Assembly: GCA_049521435.1 (NCBI GenBank)
Contig: JBEKOU010000006.1
Coordinates: 10,943 to 74,942, forward strand
Direction: 5' to 3'
Length of the DNA stretch: 64,000 bases
Origin: Candidatus Dormibacteria bacterium
GTDB taxonomy: Bacteria > Chloroflexota > Dormibacteria > Aeolococcales > Aeolococcaceae
A program made the position numbers and the translations under genes. Positions 54,195 to 62,631 of the stretch are shown here, piece after piece; positions within the stretch are counted from its first letter, which is position 1, and every line of letters starts with the position of its first letter. The notes beneath the pieces are model-generated. The model was not told where the DNA came from, searched no databases, and was given only the letters and a program-made list of their open reading frames with translations.

Positions 54195-55075
54195 CAGACG
54201 CCGTGAGCGACGTCTCCGGGCTCCGACTGCTGGCCGTCCACGCCCATCCGGATGACGAGACCATCACCATGGGCGGGTTGCTCGCCCTCTGCGCGGATCG
54301 CGGGATCTCCACCTCGGTGATCTGCTGCACCGACGGCAAGGTGGCGACCATCTTCGATCCCGAGTACGCCGCCAACGAGGACGAGATCCGGCCCCGACTC
54401 AAGGAGATCCGCGAAGCCGAGCTGCGCCGGGCCGGCGCGATCCTGGGGGTGTCCGAGATCAACTTCCTGGAGTTCGGCGACTCCGGGATGGCCGGGACCG
54501 AGACCAACCACGCGCCGGGGGCGTTCTGGCGGGCCGACTTCGATGAGGCCGTGGGCCGGGTCGTGGCGCACATCCGCCGCTTCCGCCCCCACGTTGTCGT
54601 CACCTATGACGGCAACGGCGGCTACGGGCATCCCGACCACATCCAGGCCCACCGGGTCACCCTGGTCGCGGTCGAGGCTGCCAACCACGCCGTCTACCCG
54701 GAGGCCGGCCCTCGCTGGCGGGTGAGCAAGCTCTACTACACCGCCTTCCCCCGTTCCGAGGTGAGGCGGATCGCGGAGATGGCCAGGTCGGCGGGGATCA
54801 AGCCGCCCTTCGGGGAGGCGGATCCCGACAGCCTGGAGTTCGTCACCCCGGACGAGCTGGTGACCACCCGGGTGAACTGCCGCGATCAGCTGGGCCGCAA
54901 GCGCGAGGCGCTGATGGCCCACCGCAGCCAGCTCACCGAGGAATTCGCCCTGCTCTCCGTCCCCGAGGAGATCCTCCGGGAGCACTTCTCCGACGAGTTC
55001 TACCAGCTGGTGTTCTCGCGGGTCCCCACCACCCTGCCCGAGACCGACGTCTTCGCCGGCCTCACGCCCGCCTGA
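54191..55075 (+). CDS. PIG-L/LmbE-family deacetylase (MshB/Mca-like)
   Basis: AVHAHPDDE, GHPDH. GTGA overlap with the upstream stop. Confidence 0.85.
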   Translation: MTDAVSDVSGLRLLAVHAHPDDETITMGGLLALCADRGISTSVICCTDGKVATIFDPEYAANEDEIRPRLKEIREAELRRAGAILGVSEINFLEFGDSGMAGTETNHAPGAFWRADFDEAVGRVVAHIRRFRPHVVVTYDGNGGYGHPDHIQAHRVTLVAVEAANHAVYPEAGPRWRVSKLYYTAFPRSEVRRIAEMARSAGIKPPFGEADPDSLEFVTPDELVTTRVNCRDQLGRKREALMAHRSQLTEEFALLSVPEEILREHFSDEFYQLVFSRVPTTLPETDVFAGLTPA

Positions 55076-55166
55076 GGGCCGCAACCGGCCAGCAGCCCTT
55101 CCCGGGCAAGACGGCTGGGTCGGAGCACCGGGATCTCGGGGGGACCGCTCGGGACAGGGAGGCGGC

Positions 55167-56141
55167 TCAGGCCGGGCTCCGGCGCGCCGCCGAGTTGGAG
55201 GCGACGACAGCCGGCTCCGCCCCGAAGACCTCTCCAAAGCGGGCGACGAACTCCGCCGGGGTGAAGCGATGGGCCTGCGGCCCCTGCTGCTCCACCGCGT
55301 ACGTGGCGGCGAGCGCCCCCATACGGCCTGCCTGAGCCGCATCCAGCCCGCGGCGCAGCCCGGCGAGCAGGCCGGCGATGTAGGCGTCGCCCGCACCGGT
55401 GGGGTCCACGACCCGCCGTGGGGCGATCGCCGGCACCGTCACGACCTCGCCTCCGACGTGGAGCTCGCTTCCCCGAGCGCCCTGGGTGAGGGCCACGATC
55501 GAGGTCTTCGCCAGCTCGGCGACACTCCGCCCGGTGCGGTTGCGCACGAGCTCCAGCTCGTAGTCGTTGCCGACCACGAGCCAGGCCGCATCGAGCCCCG
55601 CCACCAGGGTCTCGTCGCTGATCGAGGGGATCTGCTGGGCGGGAGCAAAGACGAGGCGGGCCCCCATCTGGCGTGCCTGAGCGATGTGGGCGGTCATGCC
55701 ATCGGGGGAGTCGGGGGCGACGACCACGTGCTCGACGTCCTCCAGGGCGCGCAGGTCGATGTCGGCGGCGCGCGCCATGGCACCGGGAAAGAACGCGGTG
55801 ATCTGGTTGTCGGCAAGGTCGGTGGTGATGAAGCAGGAGGCGGTGGGGACGTCATCGCAGCCGAGCGCCGCCGAGGTGTCCACCCCGGTCCGGCTCAGGG
55901 AGGCGCCGTACTCCGTGAAGTCGCTGCCGACCGCGGCGCAGAGCATCGGCCGCTCGCCGAGGAGGGCCAGGGTGTAGGCGATGTTGGCCGCGGTCCCACC
56001 CCTGCGTCGCTCCAGCCGGTTGACCAGGAAGGAGACGTTGATGAGATGGGTTTTCTCGGGGAGGATGTGATCCCCGAAGCGCCCGGGGAAGACCATGATC
56101 GTGTCGAAGGCGACCGAACCGGTCACGGCAATGCGTCCCAT
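55167..56141 (-). CDS. PfkB-family carbohydrate/nucleoside kinase
   Basis: Trimmed to MGRIAVTGSVAFD. GGTAANIAY. C-terminal DPTGAGDAY. Confidence 0.85.
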   Translation of the reverse strand: MGRIAVTGSVAFDTIMVFPGRFGDHILPEKTHLINVSFLVNRLERRRGGTAANIAYTLALLGERPMLCAAVGSDFTEYGASLSRTGVDTSAALGCDDVPTASCFITTDLADNQITAFFPGAMARAADIDLRALEDVEHVVVAPDSPDGMTAHIAQARQMGARLVFAPAQQIPSISDETLVAGLDAAWLVVGNDYELELVRNRTGRSVAELAKTSIVALTQGARGSELHVGGEVVTVPAIAPRRVVDPTGAGDAYIAGLLAGLRRGLDAAQAGRMGALAATYAVEQQGPQAHRFTPAEFVARFGEVFGAEPAVVASNSAARRSPA

Positions 56142-56147
56142 GGCCCA

Positions 56148-56153
56148 AGGATA
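56148..56153 (-). promoter_or_regulatory. -10-like box TATCCT, 6 nt upstream of ATG 56141 (leaderless layout)
   Basis: Minus strand reads tatcct tgggcc ATG. Confidence 0.45.
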
Positions 56154-56199
56154 GGGACTGCAGGGCCGCCTCCGGCCCGAGACCCCTGCCGGGGTGCGC

Positions 56200-56205
56200 C
56201 AGAAT
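56200..56205 (+). promoter_or_regulatory. -10-like box CAGAAT, 6 nt upstream of ATG 56212 (leaderless layout)
   Basis: cagaat ggaccg ATG. Confidence 0.45.
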
Positions 56206-56211
56206 GGACCG

Positions 56212-58044
56212 ATGCCGCTCCGCACTCCGCAGGGCCCCTCGTCCGGCCCGGACGATCCGGCCCAGCCGACCCCCACCGGCAGCGAGGCGACGATGGCCGA
56301 GGCCGTCGAGGTGTACCACCGCACCTACACGACGCTGCTGCGGTCCACCGGTGAGACCCCGCTGCGGGTGCTCGAGGCCTCGCATCGGGCCATGGGGTCG
56401 AGCCTGCACAGCCTGGCGGCCTCTTCCGAGCCCGACCTCGGCGCCTTCCTCTACGCGGTGCGGCGGCTGCCGGCCTCGGTGATGCGGGCGGAGCGGGTGG
56501 TCATGGGGCAGGCCATGGAGGTCTTCGGCCGCAACGGCTTCAGCCTCGCCGAGTGGACCGAGGCATCGGCGCCGGGGCGGCGCCGGCGGTGGTACGAGGA
56601 CGGCAAGGGGACGCTCGCCGTGCTGATCGCGTCGGAGACCGACGTCGACGACCTCATCCCCACCCTGGTCGCCTTCCAGATCGAGTGGAACAAGCTCCGC
56701 GGCTCCCTCAGCCCCGCCGCCGTCCCCGACGAGCCCGAGCCTGTGTGGCTGGCGGGTGTCTGCGGGGGGCGCGAGGACGACTGGGCGCAGCTGCAGGAGA
56801 TCTGGGGCTCGGCGTTCGCCGAGCGCCTCCGCCTGATCGCGGCTCGGAAGAAGTCGATCCGGGTGCGGATGCTCGGCGGCACCCAGGTCGGCTACGCCCG
56901 GGTGACCCGCCGCTGGTGGCAGCAGGTGACGGGGACGATGCGCAGTCAATCCCTGCTCGACCGCCCCCTCTACTTCGTGAGCAGCAACTCCCACAGCCTG
57001 GCGAACCTGGTCACCGGGGTGGCCCGCCACCACGAGGCCGCGCTGGTGGAGATGGTCGAGGCCCGCGGACCCGCCGACCTCGGCCGGGAGCTGGTGCGCT
57101 TCCGAGCCGGGCTCGCCGAGGGGGACTGGAACAACTTCCTCTACTACGCCGCCCGGCTCCACACCGGGAGCATCGCCACCGACGAGCGCGGCCGCCTCCG
57201 TCACGAGGAGCGCGAGCAGGGGGTCCACGGGGTGGCCAGCCGCACCGCCCTGGACGTCGCCGCCCAGGTCATACCGCTCGACCGCCTGAACCCGGCCAAC
57301 TTCGATCCGCGGCTGGGCCCGGTGGACGCCGCGCGGTTGCGGAGCAGCCAGGCGGTGATCGTCAACATCGACTACCCGCTGGGACTCGCCGCCTACAACA
57401 TCCTGCGCGAGGTGGGCGAGACCGCGGCCGAGCTGCGGGGCGTCTACATCCTGGGCAAGGCGGCCACCCTCAACGCCGACGTCGGCGACGTGATGATCTC
57501 GAGCGTCGTCCACGACGAGCACAGCGGCTGCACCTACTGGCTCGACAACGCGTTCACGGTCGCCGACATCGCGCCCTACCTCCGCTTCGGCAGCGGCCTG
57601 GACAACCAGCGGGCGGTGTCGGTCAAGAGCACCTTCCTCCAGAACCGCGGCTACCTCGACTTCTATTACCGCGAGGCCTTCACGGTCGTGGAGATGGAGG
57701 CCGGACCCTACTGCAACGCCATCTACGAGATGAGCGAGGCGGGGCGCTACCCGACCGGGGAGCCGGTCAACTTCTCGAAGCTGCCTCTCGACTTCGGGAT
57801 CATCCACTACGCATCGGACACGCCCTTCACCCAGGCGCGAACGCTGGGTGCGCGAGGGCTCTCCTACTTCGGCATGGACTCGACCTACGCCGCCTCGGTG
57901 GCGATCCTCCGCCGCATCCTGGTGAGGGAGGGTGCGCTCGCGGGTGCCCCCGTGCGAAACGGGGCAGAGAGCGGCGACGCGACGGCGACCGCGCGGGCCG
58001 AGGACGCGAGGCGGCTCTCGGCTACCGGGATGCCACCGCCCTGA
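56212..58044 (+). CDS. Unknown N-terminal region (~380 aa) fused to a PNP/UDP-type nucleoside phosphorylase/nucleosidase domain
   Basis: C-terminal VIVNIDYPLG, ILGKAATLNADVGDVMISSVV, FTVVEMEAGPY. N-terminus not recognised. Start set to MPLRTPQG on -10 spacing. Confidence 0.75.
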   Translation: MPLRTPQGPSSGPDDPAQPTPTGSEATMAEAVEVYHRTYTTLLRSTGETPLRVLEASHRAMGSSLHSLAASSEPDLGAFLYAVRRLPASVMRAERVVMGQAMEVFGRNGFSLAEWTEASAPGRRRRWYEDGKGTLAVLIASETDVDDLIPTLVAFQIEWNKLRGSLSPAAVPDEPEPVWLAGVCGGREDDWAQLQEIWGSAFAERLRLIAARKKSIRVRMLGGTQVGYARVTRRWWQQVTGTMRSQSLLDRPLYFVSSNSHSLANLVTGVARHHEAALVEMVEARGPADLGRELVRFRAGLAEGDWNNFLYYAARLHTGSIATDERGRLRHEEREQGVHGVASRTALDVAAQVIPLDRLNPANFDPRLGPVDAARLRSSQAVIVNIDYPLGLAAYNILREVGETAAELRGVYILGKAATLNADVGDVMISSVVHDEHSGCTYWLDNAFTVADIAPYLRFGSGLDNQRAVSVKSTFLQNRGYLDFYYREAFTVVEMEAGPYCNAIYEMSEAGRYPTGEPVNFSKLPLDFGIIHYASDTPFTQARTLGARGLSYFGMDSTYAASVAILRRILVREGALAGAPVRNGAESGDATATARAEDARRLSATGMPPP

Positions 58045-58828
58045 AGAAGGTGTAGCAGAAGACGCCATCCCGCTCGGCCGTGCGGTGGAGCGCGGCGACC
58101 CCCCGGTCCCACTCCGGCTCGGAGATCAGGCCCTGCCCCAGGGCTTCGGCTCGAACGCCCTCGACCATGGCCGTGAACGTCTTGAGCGTGAACCCCTCCA
58201 CGAGGTGGGGAAGGGAGCTGTCCACGTAGACGATGCGGGGCTCGACCCGCACCTCCCGGAAGCCCGCCGCGGTGAGCAGCGGGTAGAGCCGGCGCCCGAT
58301 CAGGCTGTCGCCCCCGGCGCGGGCCTGCAGCTCCACCAGGCAGCCGATGGCATGGCGCGCCGACTCGCTGTCGGGGTGGAAGTACGCCGACCCGTGGTCG
58401 CCCTCCACGACGGTGATGCTGCCGCCCGGTCTCAACACCCGTCGAAACTCCGCCAGGCCGAGCGCCGGCTCGGCCAGGTGCTCGAGCAGGAAGCAGACGA
58501 AGACGTGGTCGAAGGAGGCGTCGTCGAAGGGCAGGCGATGGATGTCCGCCTGCCGGAAGGTCACGTTGGCGAGACCGGCGTCCGCCACCCGGCGGCGCGC
58601 CTCGGCGAGAGAGGTCTCCGAGATGTCCACCGAGACGATGCGGGCACCGGGGCTGCGCGCGGCGAGGTGGACCGTCTGCGATCCGACGCCGCAGCCCGGT
58701 TCGAGCACGCTGTCTCCGGCCGGGAAGGCGACACCATCGTGAAGCAGGGCGGCAAGGGTGTCCGCCTGGTCGGCGAGGCGCTCCGCCTCCCTCCCCGAGT
58801 AGCCGTGGACGTAGTCGGGACCGGTCAC
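58022..58828 (-). CDS. Class I SAM-dependent methyltransferase
   Basis: VLEPGCGVGSQT, VDIS. GGAGG 6 nt upstream of GTG. 23-nt convergent 3' overlap with the previous gene. Confidence 0.85.
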   Translation of the reverse strand: MTGPDYVHGYSGREAERLADQADTLAALLHDGVAFPAGDSVLEPGCGVGSQTVHLAARSPGARIVSVDISETSLAEARRRVADAGLANVTFRQADIHRLPFDDASFDHVFVCFLLEHLAEPALGLAEFRRVLRPGGSITVVEGDHGSAYFHPDSESARHAIGCLVELQARAGGDSLIGRRLYPLLTAAGFREVRVEPRIVYVDSSLPHLVEGFTLKTFTAMVEGVRAEALGQGLISEPEWDRGVAALHRTAERDGVFCYTFFRAVASR

Positions 58829-58936
58829 CGTCGCCTCCGAGAATGGTCGGGCCGATGGTAGCGGCGTGCGGCTGCGCCCCCGCGGTGAGCACGCAGGGCT
58901 GGTCCGGCCCGAGGCACTGCCGCACTGCCGGAGCGG

Positions 58937-59632
58937 TCAGAACCTGTAGTTCTGGAAGGTCACCCAGATGTCGTAGCCCGCGTGGACGGCGATGGCCGGG
59001 AGCAGCCGCCGGCTCCTGAGGTACACGAGGGCCATCCCCACCCCGAAGAGGACAGGGCCGAAGGTCGCCCACCCGTACTCGATGTGGTAGCTGCCCCTGA
59101 CCAGCGAGGAGATGACGACGCAGAGCAGCGGGTGGACCCCGAGCTGGCGAAGGCGGGTGATGAGGAAGCCCAGCACGACCACCTCTTCGAGGATGCCCGC
59201 CTGCAGGGATCGCGCCACCATCGTGACCGCGTACACCGCCGGAACCGGGATCGGGACGTAGCTGGTGCCGGCCGGGACACCCGCCTGGGGCAGGTGGCTG
59301 CCCAGTGACTGCAGCCCGAGCGCGAGGACCCCTACGGGGAGGAGGAGTAGCAGGTCACGGCGCTTCTCCGTGAGTGACAAACCGAGAGTGCGCAGCGTCT
59401 CGCCGGAGCGGAGCAGGACGTAGACGACCACGACCAGCCCCGCAGCCAGCCAGATGGCGAGATAGACGCAGGCGAGAGCGACAGCCAGCTGGTCGTGTCC
59501 GGGCATGAAGAGGATGAAGGGGTCGGAGAGCTGCCGCCCGGTGACCGTCCTGGAGGCGAGGTCCATCAGCGCGACCCCGATGCTCGGTCCCATCACCCCC
59601 AGGACCACGACGATGATCTCGGTTACCAGCAT
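58937..59632 (-). CDS. CPBP-family intramembrane glutamic endopeptidase (CAAX protease/Abi)
   Basis: EEVVVLGFLITRL (EExxxR), SLVRGSYH, AVHAGYD. Start uncertain. Confidence 0.75.
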   Translation of the reverse strand: MLVTEIIVVVLGVMGPSIGVALMDLASRTVTGRQLSDPFILFMPGHDQLAVALACVYLAIWLAAGLVVVVYVLLRSGETLRTLGLSLTEKRRDLLLLLPVGVLALGLQSLGSHLPQAGVPAGTSYVPIPVPAVYAVTMVARSLQAGILEEVVVLGFLITRLRQLGVHPLLCVVISSLVRGSYHIEYGWATFGPVLFGVGMALVYLRSRRLLPAIAVHAGYDIWVTFQNYRF

Positions 59633-59889
59633 CCCCCGCGTCTGCGTGGAGGCGGGCACCTCCGCCCAGCCGCCGCTGAGGGGGGAGCCGAGGGAGCGCC
59701 GGGAGGCCGTCGCCGGAGGAGCTTCACTCACGATGAGGTGGCAGGGTAGCCGCCGCCGCCCCCCTCCCGTGGCGCAGGTCGCCAACCTGTGATGCGATTG
59801 GAGTTCCAGTCGGCTCGAGCCTCTGTCACGTCGAACCCTCGCGAGGCGACGAGGGGGATGCGTGGCGTGTGCCAGCATGTCGCCCGACC

Positions 59890-61875
59890 ATGCCCCTCGT
59901 CACCGTCTCCCAGCTCAGCGTGGCATATGGCGCCGACACCGTCTTCTCCGGCCTCGATCTGCGCCTGGAACGCAGGGCCCGGCTGGCCGTGGTGGGCGCC
60001 AACGGGGCCGGAAAGTCGTCACTGCTGCGCGTCCTGGCCGGCGAGCTGGAGCCGAGCGACGGCCAGATCGACCGCCAGCGCGGCCTCCGCAGTGCCTACC
60101 TTCCCCAGGACGCGCCGGTCCCGGTGGCGAAGACGGTCCTCGAGGAGGTGATGGCGTCGCGGACCGACCTGGCCGCAATGCGGCACGAGCTCTCCCTTCT
60201 CGAGGTGGCGATGAGCCGGGAGGGGCCGGGGCTGGAGGGCCAATTGAGCCGTTTCGGAGACCTCCAGCATCTCTACGAGGACGCCGGCGGGTATGAGCTG
60301 GAGGCGCGGGCACGTGAGGCGCTGGGCGGCCTCGGAATCGACGAGGAGCAGCGAAGCCGGGACCCCGCCGAGCTCTCCGGGGGCCAGCAGCGGCGGGTGG
60401 AGCTGGCCAAGCTCCTGGTGGCGGATGCCGACCTCCTGTTGATTGATGAGCCGACCAATCATCTCGACCTGGAGGGCATCGAGTGGCTGGAGGACTTCAT
60501 GGCCGGGGTGGGCACCGCCTTTGTGCTGGTCTCCCACGACCGCCGCTTCCTCGACCACGTCTGCACCGGGGTGCTGGAGCTCAACCACGGCACCGCCGAG
60601 GAGTACCCGGGCAACTACAGCGCCTACGTCCGGCTGCGGGTGGAGCGCCGGGCCCGCCGGCTCAAGGAGTACGAGGAGCAGCAGGACCACATCCGGCATC
60701 AGGAGGAATTCATCCGCCGCTACCGCGCCGGCCAGCGTGCCCGCGAGGCCCGGGGACGGCAGACCAAGCTGGACCGCCTCCCCCGGGTAGCCGCACCCCC
60801 CGACGACCGGCGACCGCGGCTTCGCTTCGCCACCGCCCCCTCCTCACGGGTCACTCTGAAGGCGTCGGGGCTCGTGGTGGGGCGGGAGGTGCCACTGCTG
60901 GAGCTGCCGCCTTTGACCCTCGCCCCCGGTGATCGAATCGCCGTGGTGGGGGCCAACGGGAGCGGGAAGTCGACGCTCCTCCACACCCTCGCCGGCGAGC
61001 TGCCGGCGCTGGAGGGGCGCGTGGAGCTGGGCCCGCGCACGGTGTTCCGCCTCTACCGCCAGGATCTGGGCCGCGGCCAGGTGACCGACTCCCAGAGCTT
61101 CGCGAGCAACCAGGACAGCACGGTGATGGAGGATCTGCTGGCCGACCACCCGATCGGCCCCGAACGGGGCCGCAACATGCTGGGAGCGCTGCTCTTCTCG
61201 GGAGACGAGGTCCACCGGCGGGTGGGCGACCTCTCGGGCGGAGAGCGCGCCCGCCTGCTGATGGGCAAGCTCGCGCTCGAGCCGACCAACCTCCTCTTCC
61301 TGGACGAGCCCACCAACCACCTGGACCTGCCCGCCCAGGAGGTCCTGGAGGGGGCGCTCACCAAGTACCCGGGCGCATTGGTCCTGGTGTCGCATGACAG
61401 AGCGCTGATCGACGCCCTGGCAACCGAGACCTGGGCCATCGAGGAGGGAGGGAGCATCCGCAAGGTCGTGGGCGGCTACACGGCACTCCTCGGTGATCGT
61501 CAGCGCGAGCGCCGGCCAGGCGGTGGGAGCGCGGCCGGGGCGGCCGCCGCGCCGGCCACGAGCGGTCGTGGGGCGGGAGCGAGTCGGGACGGCGGCGGAC
61601 ACGACCGCTCCGAGCCACCGCCGGCCCCCGCCCACATGCCGGCCCTCGGGCGCAAGGTGCGAGCTGCCGCCCGCTCCCAGTCCGCCGCCGGCCGCCTCCT
61701 CGAGAATGAGATCGCCGAGGTCGAGGCGGCGCTCGCGGAGACCCGGCGGCGCCTGCTCGACCCCGCCACCTTCTCCGACCCGGCGGTCGGCGCCGAGGTC
61801 GGGCGCGAGCACGATCGCCTCACCGGGGCGCTCGCCGAGCTCTACGAGCGCTGGGCCGGGACTGCCGCCGAGTAG
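59890..61875 (+). CDS. ABC-F family ATPase (two ABC domains, C-terminal coiled coil)
   Basis: GANGAGKSS and GANGSGKST Walker A motifs. LSGGQQRR and LSGGERAR signatures. No TM domain. Trimmed to MPLVTVSQL. Confidence 0.9.
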   Translation: MPLVTVSQLSVAYGADTVFSGLDLRLERRARLAVVGANGAGKSSLLRVLAGELEPSDGQIDRQRGLRSAYLPQDAPVPVAKTVLEEVMASRTDLAAMRHELSLLEVAMSREGPGLEGQLSRFGDLQHLYEDAGGYELEARAREALGGLGIDEEQRSRDPAELSGGQQRRVELAKLLVADADLLLIDEPTNHLDLEGIEWLEDFMAGVGTAFVLVSHDRRFLDHVCTGVLELNHGTAEEYPGNYSAYVRLRVERRARRLKEYEEQQDHIRHQEEFIRRYRAGQRAREARGRQTKLDRLPRVAAPPDDRRPRLRFATAPSSRVTLKASGLVVGREVPLLELPPLTLAPGDRIAVVGANGSGKSTLLHTLAGELPALEGRVELGPRTVFRLYRQDLGRGQVTDSQSFASNQDSTVMEDLLADHPIGPERGRNMLGALLFSGDEVHRRVGDLSGGERARLLMGKLALEPTNLLFLDEPTNHLDLPAQEVLEGALTKYPGALVLVSHDRALIDALATETWAIEEGGSIRKVVGGYTALLGDRQRERRPGGGSAAGAAAAPATSGRGAGASRDGGGHDRSEPPPAPAHMPALGRKVRAAARSQSAAGRLLENEIAEVEAALAETRRRLLDPATFSDPAVGAEVGREHDRLTGALAELYERWAGTAAE

Positions 61876-61934
61876 GCCCCGGCCAGCCGGACGGCCCCGC
61901 GCTCCCGTAGCTCGGGACCCCTCGACCGCGCCGC

Positions 61935-61940
61935 TACACT
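61935..61940 (+). promoter_or_regulatory. -10-like box TACACT, 6 nt upstream of GTG 61947 (leaderless layout)
   Basis: tacact ctgcgc GTG. Confidence 0.5.
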
Positions 61941-61946
61941 CTGCGC

Positions 61947-62504
61947 GTGACCCAGGTCGGCGACCTCACCGTCGGTGGCGTGCTCATCGAGTGCGACGCG
62001 ATCCAGCGGCGGGTGGAGGAGCTGGCCACCGAGATCGACGCCGCCTATCCCTCTTTGGAGCAGCCGCTCGTCCTGATCTGCGTGCTCAAGGGGTCGATCC
62101 TCTTCACCGCCGACCTGGCCCGGGCGCTGAGCGTGCCCGTCGAGCTCGAGTTCGTCGCCTGCCGCTCGTACGGCGACGCCACGACGAGCTCGGGGTCGGT
62201 GGAGCTGGTCAAGGACGTGAGCATGACCCTCCAGGATCGCGATGTCCTGATGGTCGAGGACATCATCGACACCGGGATGACGACCGCGTTCCTTCGCAAG
62301 CATCTGGCCACCCATCACCCCCGCTCGCTCCGGCTCGTCTCCCTGCTCGACAAGCGCAGCCGCCGCATCCGCGACGTCGAGATCAACTTCCGGGGTTTCG
62401 ACATCCCCGACCGGTTCGTCGTCGGCTACGGCCTCGACCTGGCCCAGCGCCTGCGCAACTTGCGCGACATCCACGTGGTCGAGGTTCCGGAATCGGCCGG
62501 GTAA
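61947..62504 (+). CDS. hpt: Hypoxanthine-guanine phosphoribosyltransferase
   Basis: LICVLKGSILFTADL, PRPP motif LMVEDIIDTGMT. Confidence 0.9.
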   Translation: MTQVGDLTVGGVLIECDAIQRRVEELATEIDAAYPSLEQPLVLICVLKGSILFTADLARALSVPVELEFVACRSYGDATTSSGSVELVKDVSMTLQDRDVLMVEDIIDTGMTTAFLRKHLATHHPRSLRLVSLLDKRSRRIRDVEINFRGFDIPDRFVVGYGLDLAQRLRNLRDIHVVEVPESAG

Positions 62505-62631
62505 CCTCCCCGGAGCCGCGGTGCGCAGCGCTTCCGGACCGGCTCGGCATCGGATCTCCACGGCTGCCATCTCGTCACACGTCGAAAACAGGCCTTCAGA
62601 TCACACCCCTTTGGGGGTAAGTTGAGCTGTC

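Noticed and set aside
55852-58068. 738-aa minus-strand ORF
   Set aside because: It is antisense to the PfkB kinase start and the PNP-fusion gene. Its composition is low-complexity and Arg/Gly/Pro/His-rich. The opposite strand has recognisable motifs.
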